Shown here piece by piece: positions 41,987 through 51,466 of a stretch of DNA of 64,000 nt (the stretch's first letter is position 1; each line of letters starts with the position of its first letter). Made by a program: the position numbers and the translations under genes. The notes under the pieces were generated by a model. The model did not search any database. It was not told the origin of the DNA and saw only the letters and a program-made list of their open reading frames with translations. Source of the stretch: Promethearchaeota archaeon (GTDB taxonomy: Archaea; Asgardarchaeota; Lokiarchaeia; Sigyniarchaeales; SOKP01); contig JBHLME010000004.1 in the NCBI GenBank assembly GCA_048938445.1, positions 1-64,000 of the forward strand. The letters are read 5' to 3'.

Positions 41987-42376
41987 ATGACTCATTTAAA
42001 TAGAATTATCGGAATACCTTCAGTCGGTCCTGAATTATTTGATAATATTTCAGAACATTTTGGACATTGTGAATATTTTATTGGAGTAAGAATTGATGGT
42101 AATAATAAGTTAGAAAAAGCATTCACTCTACAAAATCAGGGGCATTCTGGATGTATGGAACCTGTAATAAATATGAAACAGAGGAGTGTTACAGATATGA
42201 TTGTGGGGGGGATAGGAGGTCGGCCTTATATAGGTTTTATTCAAATGGGAATAAATCTCTATCAAGGTGTGGAAGGCAACCTAAGGAAGAATGTAGAATT
42301 ATTATTAGAAGGAAAATTAAAGCCTTTAGGCGGACCAAGTTGTGGAAATAATTCTGAAGGTGCTCATGTTCATTAA
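41987..42376 (+). CDS. NifB/NifX family protein
   Basis: SEHFGHC, GGIG. Confidence 0.88.
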   Translation: MTHLNRIIGIPSVGPELFDNISEHFGHCEYFIGVRIDGNNKLEKAFTLQNQGHSGCMEPVINMKQRSVTDMIVGGIGGRPYIGFIQMGINLYQGVEGNLRKNVELLLEGKLKPLGGPSCGNNSEGAHVH

Positions 42377-42414
42377 TTAATCTCGTAATTAATGAAATTA
42401 AAAATAAGAAAAAT

Positions 42415-42933
42415 GTGAAAAATATGCCAAGTTTTAAAGAAACATATGAAGCAATTAAAGCCGACTGGAATGCAGGGGAGAAGAACTTTAATATTGAATG
42501 TGAAATGCTTTCAGAAGGTATGCAAGTGAAATGTACTATGGGAAATCCCGCAGGAGATCCATTTGAGTTGTTAATTGATGCTCCTGGAGGGTTAGATGGA
42601 ACTAATAAAGGCCCATCTCCATTGTTGGTAATCTTATCATCCGTAGGCGCATGCATCGTAGCAGTTACCAAATTTTGGGCTAAGATCATGGATATTAAAA
42701 TTGAAGAGTTAAAGGTATTTTCTCGTGGACACATAAATCTTGGTGCTATCTTTGGAATTGATGATTCTAAACTCGCGGGTTATGATAACCTTGAACCCGT
42801 AATAAGAATCAAGGCAGATGCGCCTGAAGAAAAGATTAACGAGTTAATGGATAAAGTGTTTTCCCATTGTCCAATTATTACCAATATGGGTGGAGCTTCT
42901 CCCATTACACCTAAAGTCCAAATTAGAAAGTAA
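42415..42933 (+). CDS. OsmC/Ohr-like protein
   Basis: GTNKGPSP, GAC, HCP. Confidence 0.85.
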   Translation: MKNMPSFKETYEAIKADWNAGEKNFNIECEMLSEGMQVKCTMGNPAGDPFELLIDAPGGLDGTNKGPSPLLVILSSVGACIVAVTKFWAKIMDIKIEELKVFSRGHINLGAIFGIDDSKLAGYDNLEPVIRIKADAPEEKINELMDKVFSHCPIITNMGGASPITPKVQIRK

Positions 42934-42989
42934 TTTGAAATCAAATAAATAAAAATTTTTAAATTTTTTTTTTTTTTGAGGTTAAAAAA

Positions 42990-43838
42990 ATGCAAAAAAA
43001 TATTACTCCTGATGAAAAACAAAAAGTCATTGAGAAACGAGAAGAAAATATCAGAAAAAATCTTGAAAAGATTAAACATAAATTAGTGGTTATCTCTGGT
43101 AAAGGAGGGGTTGGTAAGACTACTGTAGCGGTGAATCTTGCTATTAGTTTAGCTAGCATAGGCCATAGAGTAGGGATCTTGGATGTCGACATTACAGGAC
43201 CAAATGTATTAAAGATGTTAGGAGTCAATCCCGAATTAAAACCCGTAGTCGATCCTCAAAATGAAAAATTCTATCCCGTTAATGGTCCTTTAAATATGAA
43301 AGTAATGAGTATGGCTTTTTTATTAGCAGATCAGGATAGCCCAGTAATATGGAGAGGTCCCATGAAAATGACCGCGGTGAGACAATTTTTGGGTGATGCT
43401 GAATGGGGTGAACTTGATTATTTGATTTGTGACTTACCTCCGGGAACATCTGATGAAACATTAGATATTTTACAATTAATACCAGATGAAAATGTAATAA
43501 TCGTGTCAACACCTCAAGAAGTAGCTCTGATGGATGCCCGAAAGACAATTAATATGGCACAAGTCATGAAAAGGAATGTTATAGGGATAATTGAAAATAT
43601 GTCAGGATTCAAATGTTCTAAGTGTGGTTCATTCATAGAGATTTTTGGTAGTGGTGGAGCAGAGAAGGCTGCAAAAGATTTTGATATCAAATTATTAGGA
43701 AAGATTCCTTTTGAAACAGAGATAGGCCAGCAAGGCGACAAGGGGATACCATTTACGATAAAATATCCTGATTCTGAGAGTTCTAAAGCTTTTAGAAACA
43801 TTATAAAAGTAATTCAAGAAATATTAGAAAAAAAATGA
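42990..43838 (+). CDS. mrp: Mrp/NBP35 Fe-S carrier ATPase
   Basis: SGKGGVGKT, WRGP, DLPPGTSD, ENMS, CSKC. Confidence 0.92.
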   Translation: MQKNITPDEKQKVIEKREENIRKNLEKIKHKLVVISGKGGVGKTTVAVNLAISLASIGHRVGILDVDITGPNVLKMLGVNPELKPVVDPQNEKFYPVNGPLNMKVMSMAFLLADQDSPVIWRGPMKMTAVRQFLGDAEWGELDYLICDLPPGTSDETLDILQLIPDENVIIVSTPQEVALMDARKTINMAQVMKRNVIGIIENMSGFKCSKCGSFIEIFGSGGAEKAAKDFDIKLLGKIPFETEIGQQGDKGIPFTIKYPDSESSKAFRNIIKVIQEILEKK

Positions 43839-43853
43839 TTAAATAAAAAGAGT

Positions 43854-44330
43854 GTGAATATTCTCGTGAAAAAAGATTCTTTTGATGATTTTGTTGAAGA
43901 GCTACAACAAGAAATCATTGATAAAGAACTAGAAGATTATAATGAGTATATTGTAGAATTATTCCATAATCCAAAAAATTGGGGTAAACCCCCTGATGAT
44001 GAAATTACCGTTTCTCAAACGTATTTAGGACCCTGTGGAGACACGATGCACTTCTTCTTGAAAATTAATGATAATATTATAGAAAATGCTCATTTTATAA
44101 CAGATGGTTGTGGTGCTTCAGTTGCGACTGCAAGTCAAACCACACTCCTTATCAAGGGAAATTCAATAGAATTTGCTAAAAAATTGAAACCAGAAGATAT
44201 TGATAAAGCTTTGAAAGGATTACCAGAAGATCATAAACATTGTGCTGAATTAGCCGTAAGAACTTTATCACGGGCAATAGATCAATATGAAATAAATTAT
44301 AAAAAAAAAAAAATAAAATATAAAAAATAA
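43854..44330 (+). CDS. IscU/NifU-like scaffold
   Basis: NPKNWG, CGD, GCG, HC. Confidence 0.88.
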   Translation: MNILVKKDSFDDFVEELQQEIIDKELEDYNEYIVELFHNPKNWGKPPDDEITVSQTYLGPCGDTMHFFLKINDNIIENAHFITDGCGASVATASQTTLLIKGNSIEFAKKLKPEDIDKALKGLPEDHKHCAELAVRTLSRAIDQYEINYKKKKIKYKK

Positions 44331-44351
44331 ATTAAAGAGGTAGAAAATAAG

Positions 44352-44789
44352 ATGGTTATAGTAGCCATACCTTCTAGTGGAGAAGGAGGTTTAAACGAAA
44401 GTATGAATCCCCGATTTGGACGCTGTCCTAGCTTTACATTAGTAACTATTGAAAATGGAGAGATAAAAGAAGTAAGGGGGGTCCCAAATAATGCCGCAAA
44501 TTCGATGGGTGGAGCAGGAATCCAAGCAGCACAGACTATAGGGAATAATGGCGCGGAAGAAGTTATCGTTGGCTTTTTGGGACCAAATGCTGCTGAGTCT
44601 TTAAATGCAATGAATTTAAAGATATATCAAGCACCAAATCAACAATTAACGGTTAAAGATGTAGTAGATTTATATTTAGAAGGATCACTTCAAGAACTAG
44701 ATTCTGCAAATGTAGGTGCTCATCATGGTATGGGTGGAGGAATGGGGATGGGCAGCGGAATGGGCGGTGGAAGAAGAAGACAATTTTAA
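44352..44789 (+). CDS. NifB/NifX family protein
   Basis: RFGRCP, GGAGIQAAQ, GPNA, Gly/Met tail. Confidence 0.88.
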   Translation: MVIVAIPSSGEGGLNESMNPRFGRCPSFTLVTIENGEIKEVRGVPNNAANSMGGAGIQAAQTIGNNGAEEVIVGFLGPNAAESLNAMNLKIYQAPNQQLTVKDVVDLYLEGSLQELDSANVGAHHGMGGGMGMGSGMGGGRRRQF

Positions 44790-44821
44790 ACAAATAAGCA
44801 AAAATAAAATCAATTGAAATT

Positions 44822-45742
44822 ATGGTTAGAACTCCTAAAATTATTACTATTACAGGCGGTAAAGGAGGTACTGGTAAGACACTTTGTGCAGTTAATATTG
44901 CAACCATGTTTAAAAATGAAGGAAAAAAAGTTTTATTAATAGACGGTGATGTTGAAAATCCTAATACTTATTTATTACTCGGTGGAACTTTACTAAATAA
45001 AAAGGAAGTACATTTCTTTAAACCTAATATTCTTAAAGATAAATGTACCAAATGTGGATTATGTGCAGAAAATTGTGCACCACATGCTCTCCTTTATTTA
45101 GAAAATGCGATACCAATCCCTATTTTAAGTGTATGTTCCGGTTGTAAATTATGTTATAAAATTTGTCCCTCTGAAGCAATTCTACCGGATAGTAAAATAA
45201 TAGGATGGAAATATCAAACGAAAGTAAATCAAATCTCCTTGTTAATTGGTGAATTAAAACCATCAGAAGCCCGTTCAGCAGCAGTAGTTGATGCACTTTT
45301 ACAAGATCTTGAAACCATTATTGATAATAATCCTGAGACCTATGATATAGTTATTTTAGATACGGCGCCAGGAGCTCACTGTGATGTGGAATTATTAATT
45401 GAGAAATCAGATTTTGTCATTCCTGTAACTGAACCAACTAAATTTGGAAAATTAGATTTATTACGGATAATTGAATTGATTGAGCTATTACAAAAGGAAT
45501 ATAAAGTAATTGTGAATAGATCTTCGTTATTAGGGTATCGAGAACCGTTTTTGAGGGAATTATCCGAGAATAATATTGAAACACTTGGAGATATCCCATT
45601 AGATGATGAGGTTGTCAAATCTTATTGCCAAGGAACACCATTAATGGACTCTGAAAGTGTTTTTAATAGAAAAGGAGATGCATATTTAGCTTTTATAAAA
45701 ATTTTTGAAAATTTAAAATCTTGGATTAAAGACAATATTTAA
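44822..45742 (+). CDS. MinD-family P-loop ATPase with inserted ferredoxin
   Basis: GGKGGTGKT, DGDVENPN, two 4Fe-4S motifs, VTEPT. Confidence 0.9.
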   Translation: MVRTPKIITITGGKGGTGKTLCAVNIATMFKNEGKKVLLIDGDVENPNTYLLLGGTLLNKKEVHFFKPNILKDKCTKCGLCAENCAPHALLYLENAIPIPILSVCSGCKLCYKICPSEAILPDSKIIGWKYQTKVNQISLLIGELKPSEARSAAVVDALLQDLETIIDNNPETYDIVILDTAPGAHCDVELLIEKSDFVIPVTEPTKFGKLDLLRIIELIELLQKEYKVIVNRSSLLGYREPFLRELSENNIETLGDIPLDDEVVKSYCQGTPLMDSESVFNRKGDAYLAFIKIFENLKSWIKDNI

Positions 45743-45759
45743 ATGGTGACTAGTTTCTC

Positions 45760-46680
45760 ATGGAAAAAAAAATTATAGCGGTCATTTCAGGAAAAGGTGG
45801 TGTTGGAAAAACATCTCTTACAGCATCTTTAGCAAGTTTGGCTTCTAATGAAATAAAGATTGCACCAATTATTTTAGATTGCGATGTAGATGCTCCAAAT
45901 TTGGCTATAATTCTACCAGCAAGGTCAGAGAAGGAGATAGAATCAATTGATACTTATACTACTTTAAAAGCTGAATTTATAGAAGATAAATGTGTTCAAT
46001 GTAAAAAATGTATCGATGAGCATTTTTGTGAGTTTAATGCTTTAAGATGGGATGCTGAAAGTCAAATACCAAAAATTGATTATTTAGCATGTGAAGGATG
46101 TGGAGCGTGTAAAGTATTATGCTCTGAGCATGCATTTAAAATTGATGCGGTTAAAAGTGGCGAAATCATCTCTTATAAGATTAATACTGGTCATCCATTT
46201 GTATATGGAAAAACTAGGTTAGGAAGTACTACATCAGGGAAATTGGTGTCAGATATAAAAGAATATACTAAAAATTTAAAAGAATTTAAGGAGAGTAATT
46301 TAATCATAATTGATGGTCCACCGGGTATAGGATGCCCCGTAATAGCTACTGTTTCGGGATTAGATTTCGTTATTACGATTACTGAACCTACTCCATCAGG
46401 TCTTCATGACCTTATTAGAGCAATTGAAGTAGTACAGGAATTTAAAATCCCGTTTGGAATAGTCATTAACAAGTCTGATTTAAAAAGTCCTTTTCAAGAG
46501 AAATTTAATGAATATATAACTCAAACAGATTATACTTTAATCGGAAAAATTCCATATGATGTAAATATTCCTCGAGCCTTGTCATTTGCTAAACCAGTTG
46601 TTGATTTTGACCCAGATACAAATGCGAGCATCGCAATTAAAACAATTTATAAAAATTTAAAAAAGTTGTTATGGTCTTAA
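45760..46680 (+). CDS. MinD-family P-loop ATPase with inserted ferredoxin
   Basis: SGKGGVGKT, DCDVDAPN, CEGCGAC, DGPPGIGCP. Confidence 0.9.
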   Translation: MEKKIIAVISGKGGVGKTSLTASLASLASNEIKIAPIILDCDVDAPNLAIILPARSEKEIESIDTYTTLKAEFIEDKCVQCKKCIDEHFCEFNALRWDAESQIPKIDYLACEGCGACKVLCSEHAFKIDAVKSGEIISYKINTGHPFVYGKTRLGSTTSGKLVSDIKEYTKNLKEFKESNLIIIDGPPGIGCPVIATVSGLDFVITITEPTPSGLHDLIRAIEVVQEFKIPFGIVINKSDLKSPFQEKFNEYITQTDYTLIGKIPYDVNIPRALSFAKPVVDFDPDTNASIAIKTIYKNLKKLLWS

Positions 46681-46708
46681 CCGTCTAATTTTATAAATAG
46701 TACAATAA

Positions 46709-47131
46709 TTACTTAATTACATCTAAAATTAAGCATGCTTCTATTATTTTTATACCCTTAATTAAAGCAATTTTTTCTTCTATTATAGGATTAAATTGTG
46801 TCATGGAGGGTATTTTTACTTTAAGAAATAAACCGGCATCACCACTTAACCTCCAAATGTCCGTAATTTCTTCCATTAAATCCAATTCATGTAATATTCT
46901 TTTAATATCTTTTAAATTTGGTTCGATTTTAACTAATATATGAATACTTGATTTAGAGTTTATACTAAATTCTGTAGTGTATTTTTTAATTACCCCATTT
47001 TTTTCTAATTTTTTTATTCTACGTCTAACTGTAGCTTCCGTCTTACCTATCTTATTTGCTATTTGTTGATATGATCTCCTGCTATTCTCTTTTAATAATT
47101 CAAGTATTTTTAAATCAATAATATCGATTAT
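46709..47131 (-). CDS. Lrp/AsnC regulator (not in ORF track; apparent ATA start)
   Basis: (I/M)IDIIDLKILELLKENSRRSYQQIANKIGKTEATVRRRIKKLEKNGVIKKYT...LSGD...ILDVIK; 140 aa. Confidence 0.85.
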   Translation of the reverse strand: MIDIIDLKILELLKENSRRSYQQIANKIGKTEATVRRRIKKLEKNGVIKKYTTEFSINSKSSIHILVKIEPNLKDIKRILHELDLMEEITDIWRLSGDAGLFLKVKIPSMTQFNPIIEEKIALIKGIKIIEACLILDVIK

Positions 47132-47192
47132 AAATCATCTTCTGAATAATTTTTTTGTTCTTGATGTAAAATATTTTTTACTCAAGTATAAT

Positions 47193-47210
47193 AATGAATA
47201 AATATTCAAA
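47193..47210. promoter_or_regulatory. Degenerate palindromic operator AATGAATAAATATTCAAA
   Basis: Core TGAATA-N2-TATTCA. Confidence 0.5.
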
Positions 47211-47516
47211 AACTTTTCTGAGTATTTTATTGAAGTTTAATTTTGGGATGAGTTTATATAAAATATATCATTACATTTAATTAGGTTTAATTAAATATAA
47301 TTGAAACTCATTAATAAATATATGGTATAATTGTAAAAATTACATTGGTAAATTTAATTTATCGAGATATTGAAACCATAACAAGGAGAATTGAGTCCAA
47401 AACTTTGATAATAATGATGAAATTAGATGAAAATCTTCTAGAGCAAATTTTCCTTGCTGTTTTTTATTCCCCTATGAATACTATATTTTTAAATATAAAA
47501 TAGGAAGTGATATGAT

Positions 47517-48296
47517 ATAATACAATTAGAATTATTAATAATTATTATAATTTTTGCATTCATTTTTGAATTTGTTGATACTGCTTTAGGTGGGGGTTAT
47601 GGAACAATAATGACTCCATTGCTATTGATATTTAGCTTACAGAGACTTGATATCGTTCCAGCAATTCTCTTTTCAGAAATATTTACAGGGATTTCAGGTG
47701 CAACAATGCATCATTTCTATGGGAATGCTGACTTTTCACGCGAGGGTAAAACAAATTGGAATATATTTATTCTAATAAGCATTATTGGAATAGGAGCAAC
47801 TATTTTTGCGGTTTTCTTAGCTGTTGAATTAGATAAGTTAATTATAAATACATATATTGGAATTTTGGTTTTATTTATAGGAGTCCTGATGATGTTAAAT
47901 AGAAAATATAAATTTTCATGGAAAAAAATAGGAATCGTCGGTACTATAAGTGCATTTAATAAATCGATATCTGGAGGAGGATTTGGACCATTAATAACTG
48001 CTGGTCAAGTTGTTTCAGGTAGGGATACTAAAAATTCAATAGCCACTGCATTAGCTTGTGAGGCACCAATTTGTTTGGCAGGATTAATAACATATTTTGT
48101 TTTAGAATCATCCACAACTGATTTTTTATTATTATCATTGGCATTAATTATTGGAGCTGTTCCAGCAACAATAGTTGGAGCCTTTACTACTAAAAAAATT
48201 AAAGATGAATATAGGTTCAAGCAATTAACAGGTGTTTTTATTATATTATTAGGAGCATTTGTTTTATTAAAAACGTATAAAATAATTTTCCCATAA
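47517..48296 (+). CDS. TauE/SafE (TSUP) sulfite-exporter family membrane protein
   Basis: Frame open upstream of 47610 through EFVDTALGGGYGT; second repeat SGGGFGP; start uncertain (ATA). Confidence 0.8.
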   Translation: MIQLELLIIIIIFAFIFEFVDTALGGGYGTIMTPLLLIFSLQRLDIVPAILFSEIFTGISGATMHHFYGNADFSREGKTNWNIFILISIIGIGATIFAVFLAVELDKLIINTYIGILVLFIGVLMMLNRKYKFSWKKIGIVGTISAFNKSISGGGFGPLITAGQVVSGRDTKNSIATALACEAPICLAGLITYFVLESSTTDFLLLSLALIIGAVPATIVGAFTTKKIKDEYRFKQLTGVFIILLGAFVLLKTYKIIFP

Positions 48297-48348
48297 AGTA
48301 TTAATTATGAATATGAAAAAATTAAAACCAAAAATTGATTGAGTTAAT

Positions 48349-49359
48349 TTATAAAGCTTTAATCTTTTCTTGAAAAATAATTTTATTTCTTTTCTCTTCT
48401 ATTAAATATAAAATATATTCATGATCTTGGGAAATATCCGGAAGTATGAATAATACTTCTTCACCTGGAAGCCATTTTTCTATATTATCATAAAGAATCA
48501 ATTGTTCAAAAAATTCATATAATGATGAGACCTTGATAATTATTTTATCGAATATATCTTTTGTTCGATTTGTTATAATTATTTCTACTTCTTTTCTATC
48601 ATTAATTACATTTATTTTATTTATTCTGAAAGGATTTTCGCTTTTATAATATAGATCTTGGACTTTAGGCTTATCAAATAATTTGATATTTGAGAATCCA
48701 ATTTTTTTATCATTACTTACAATATAACTTATAGGAACTCCTTTTAATGAGAGATATGAAATTGCTTTTTGAATTTTTAAAATTGTTGTATCAGTTTTTT
48801 TTATTACCGATTGAAAATATTGCGAACAAATGTTTTTAATAAGTTTACTAATTCTTTTTTTTATCTTGTCTCCCCTTTCAATTAATTCTTTAGATTTTTG
48901 AGTTTTTATCATATCCAATTTTTCAATTTCAGCTCTAATCAATTCCGAAAGGTAAAATTTAAAATGTTTATTGATTCTTTCTGTCATTTCTTTGATTAAT
49001 GCACCACCAAAAATGTCCATCTCAATGGGTAATGCAAGAATTAATACTATAGTATCATAATTTTCTTCTTCTAATCCCGCTCTTCTTTTAATTCGCTTTG
49101 AAGGAACTAAGAATTTTTTCGCAAAATACATTTTATCCCCATATTCCAAATCTACCCGATCAAGAGAGGTCTTATCACTAAGATCTAAGAACCATATGGA
49201 ATGGATCCGAAGTATGTGCATTTTTTCTTCATTTTTTTTTATAACATCCTCTGGACTTACTAAAATTGGAATATGACCTAATTTCTCATCAAAATATAAT
49301 AAAAAAACTTCACATAATTGTTCTGCTTGAATAATTTTTCGTTCATTCTCAGTTAACAT
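48349..49359 (-). CDS. Hypothetical protein, longin/uDENN-like N-terminus suspected
   Basis: VFLLYFDEKLGHIP motif; beta-rich C-terminus; last gene of the hydrogenase operon. Confidence 0.6.
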   Translation of the reverse strand: MLTENERKIIQAEQLCEVFLLYFDEKLGHIPILVSPEDVIKKNEEKMHILRIHSIWFLDLSDKTSLDRVDLEYGDKMYFAKKFLVPSKRIKRRAGLEEENYDTIVLILALPIEMDIFGGALIKEMTERINKHFKFYLSELIRAEIEKLDMIKTQKSKELIERGDKIKKRISKLIKNICSQYFQSVIKKTDTTILKIQKAISYLSLKGVPISYIVSNDKKIGFSNIKLFDKPKVQDLYYKSENPFRINKINVINDRKEVEIIITNRTKDIFDKIIIKVSSLYEFFEQLILYDNIEKWLPGEEVLFILPDISQDHEYILYLIEEKRNKIIFQEKIKAL

Positions 49360-49401
49360 GTTATAAAATTATTTTTCCTCCATTAATTTTTTAAATTCTA
49401 T

Positions 49402-50703
49402 TTAATGTGTAGCACAAGAGATACAAGGATCAAATGCTCTTATCATCATTTGAATTTTTTTTTTTACAAATTGTAGATCTTTTTTTTCATATAATTTTTG
49501 AGCATATTGTGTAATCATTTTATTAATTAGTGGGAGATTTATTTCAGTGGCTATAAAAAGTTTTGCCTCTTCTATAATTTTCTTATTATTTATGCGATAA
49601 TGATGGATTAGCGTGCCTCTTGGAGCCTCAACAACTGCAATTCCATTTTGGTTTTTGATTGTAGATATTTCAGGGAGTGGAAAAGAATTCTTTAAAATCG
49701 GATCTTCCAAGAGATATAATGTTTTAATTACTTCAACATCCATTTCAATTAATCTTAAAAAATTAGCATATAAGAGATTGTTCCGCCATGATTTTTGAAA
49801 AAAATTGAGGTATGAGGAAATTTGATCCGTTCCATAACCTTCTATAATTTGATTTCGAGCTATTGGTCCGACTATATAATTTCTATTATTTTCAATGTTG
49901 AAATCAATTCCATGCAGATTAGGATCTTTGTCAAAATATGAGTTATAATGAATCTCGGAAAAATCTTCGTATTTAGTGTTGCTCTTTTTAAGTGTTAAAA
50001 CACCCGCATACCTATCATAATCTTTATTCCTGTTTAATGCCAAATAATAGGGATTTGGAAGCATAAATTCTTCTGGAGGTGTAAATTGTGAAAAAATATT
50101 GATGAATTCTTCAATAATTGCTTCTAAAATAAACGATGATTTCTCAAGATATTTTTGGGCAATTTTTATGTTTTTTAATGAAGGTTGAAATATAGTACCT
50201 CCCGGTATGGGTGTTATTAAATGTATGGAACGGCCTCCGAAAAGAATATCAAGATCATTACCAATTTTTATTATATCAAAGATATTTGAAGTTAATTGAC
50301 TATTATATTTCAATAAATCATTTAAATTAAGAGTATTTTTACTTAAATTAAAGATTTCTAAAAGATCAGGAAATGATTGAAAATAAAAATGCATCGCATG
50401 TGATTTTAACAACTCACCGACCATCAAGATGCGTCTTATAAAAACAGCTTGTTGATGAGGCTTGATATTATACATTGTTTCTATAGTTTTACAGCTTACA
50501 ATACTTTGTGATGCATGACATAATCCACATATTCTTGAAATTATTCTGGGAACATCTGTTATTTTTTTTCCTATAAGTAAATTTTCAAATCCTCTGTATG
50601 GTCCAATTTTAAATTCTACATGAGATATTTCATCATCTTTCATAAAAATTTCCAAATTTCCATGACCTTCGACTCTCATGCATACATCTACCACCTTTAG
50701 CAT
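49402..50703 (-). CDS. Group 3 [NiFe]-hydrogenase large subunit
   Basis: RVEGHG, RICGLC, EAPRGTLIHHY, DPCISCATH then stop. Confidence 0.92.
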   Translation of the reverse strand: MLKVVDVCMRVEGHGNLEIFMKDDEISHVEFKIGPYRGFENLLIGKKITDVPRIISRICGLCHASQSIVSCKTIETMYNIKPHQQAVFIRRILMVGELLKSHAMHFYFQSFPDLLEIFNLSKNTLNLNDLLKYNSQLTSNIFDIIKIGNDLDILFGGRSIHLITPIPGGTIFQPSLKNIKIAQKYLEKSSFILEAIIEEFINIFSQFTPPEEFMLPNPYYLALNRNKDYDRYAGVLTLKKSNTKYEDFSEIHYNSYFDKDPNLHGIDFNIENNRNYIVGPIARNQIIEGYGTDQISSYLNFFQKSWRNNLLYANFLRLIEMDVEVIKTLYLLEDPILKNSFPLPEISTIKNQNGIAVVEAPRGTLIHHYRINNKKIIEEAKLFIATEINLPLINKMITQYAQKLYEKKDLQFVKKKIQMMIRAFDPCISCATH

Positions 50704-50704
50704 A

Positions 50705-51466
50705 TTATCGCCTCCAAATTTTTGGTTTTGAAAATCTATAGAATATGCCAGAATATTTTTTTAAATCTTTCACAAGATTAAGCAAACTTAAGAAATTAAT
50801 TATACTCGAAGTAAAATCTCTTGAGACGGGTCCAAGACATCCTTCACATGGAATTCCTCGCTTTATGCATTCATGATCACATCCCTCTCTAGTAATAGGT
50901 CCTAAGCACATAATTCCTCTACTTAAGAAGCAATTGGTATTTTCTTCATAATTATTGAGTTCAATATTGTGAGGATATAGCTGATTAATCTGAGTAATCG
51001 GATTGAATTTAAAAGTAGTTTTGTAGGGACATTCTGAACATAAATTCTTTTTAGATAATTCAATATTTTTTCTCTCTAATAGTTTTATCAGACAATTTCC
51101 AAATAATTTTGACGGTGGAGGACAACCTGGTATGATTCCATCTATCTCTATAAAATCTGATAGAGGGGCGGCAATCTTTTTTTTTGATAAACTTAAAATT
51201 CCTCCAAAAGCGGCACATGTCCCTAATGCGTATACTTTTTTTGTAGATATTCTTATATCTTTAAGAAAGTCAATCTGTGAATCCTCTGAAACACATCCTT
51301 CTATCAATGCTATATCACATAAATCTGCCCGAGGTTTATCAGATATAAAAGGAAAGTAAGATATTTCTGTTCTCTCTAGAAGTTGAGGAAAGATATCTAA
51401 GGAAATCAAAGAAGATATACAACCGCTACAAGATGTTAATGAGGTAATTAGAAATTTAAGTTTCAA
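50705..51466 (-). CDS. [NiFe]-hydrogenase small subunit (MvhG/HydD-like)
   Basis: SCSGC, GTCAAFGG, PGCPP, CLGPIT, CEGCLGP. Confidence 0.9.
   Translation of the reverse strand: MKLKFLITSLTSCSGCISSLISLDIFPQLLERTEISYFPFISDKPRADLCDIALIEGCVSEDSQIDFLKDIRISTKKVYALGTCAAFGGILSLSKKKIAAPLSDFIEIDGIIPGCPPPSKLFGNCLIKLLERKNIELSKKNLCSECPYKTTFKFNPITQINQLYPHNIELNNYEENTNCFLSRGIMCLGPITREGCDHECIKRGIPCEGCLGPVSRDFTSSIINFLSLLNLVKDLKKYSGIFYRFSKPKIWRR

Noticed and set aside
25874-47210. Recurring palindrome as a CRISPR or MITE repeat
   Set aside because: Dispersed, irregular spacing, no spacers, cas genes or target-site duplications
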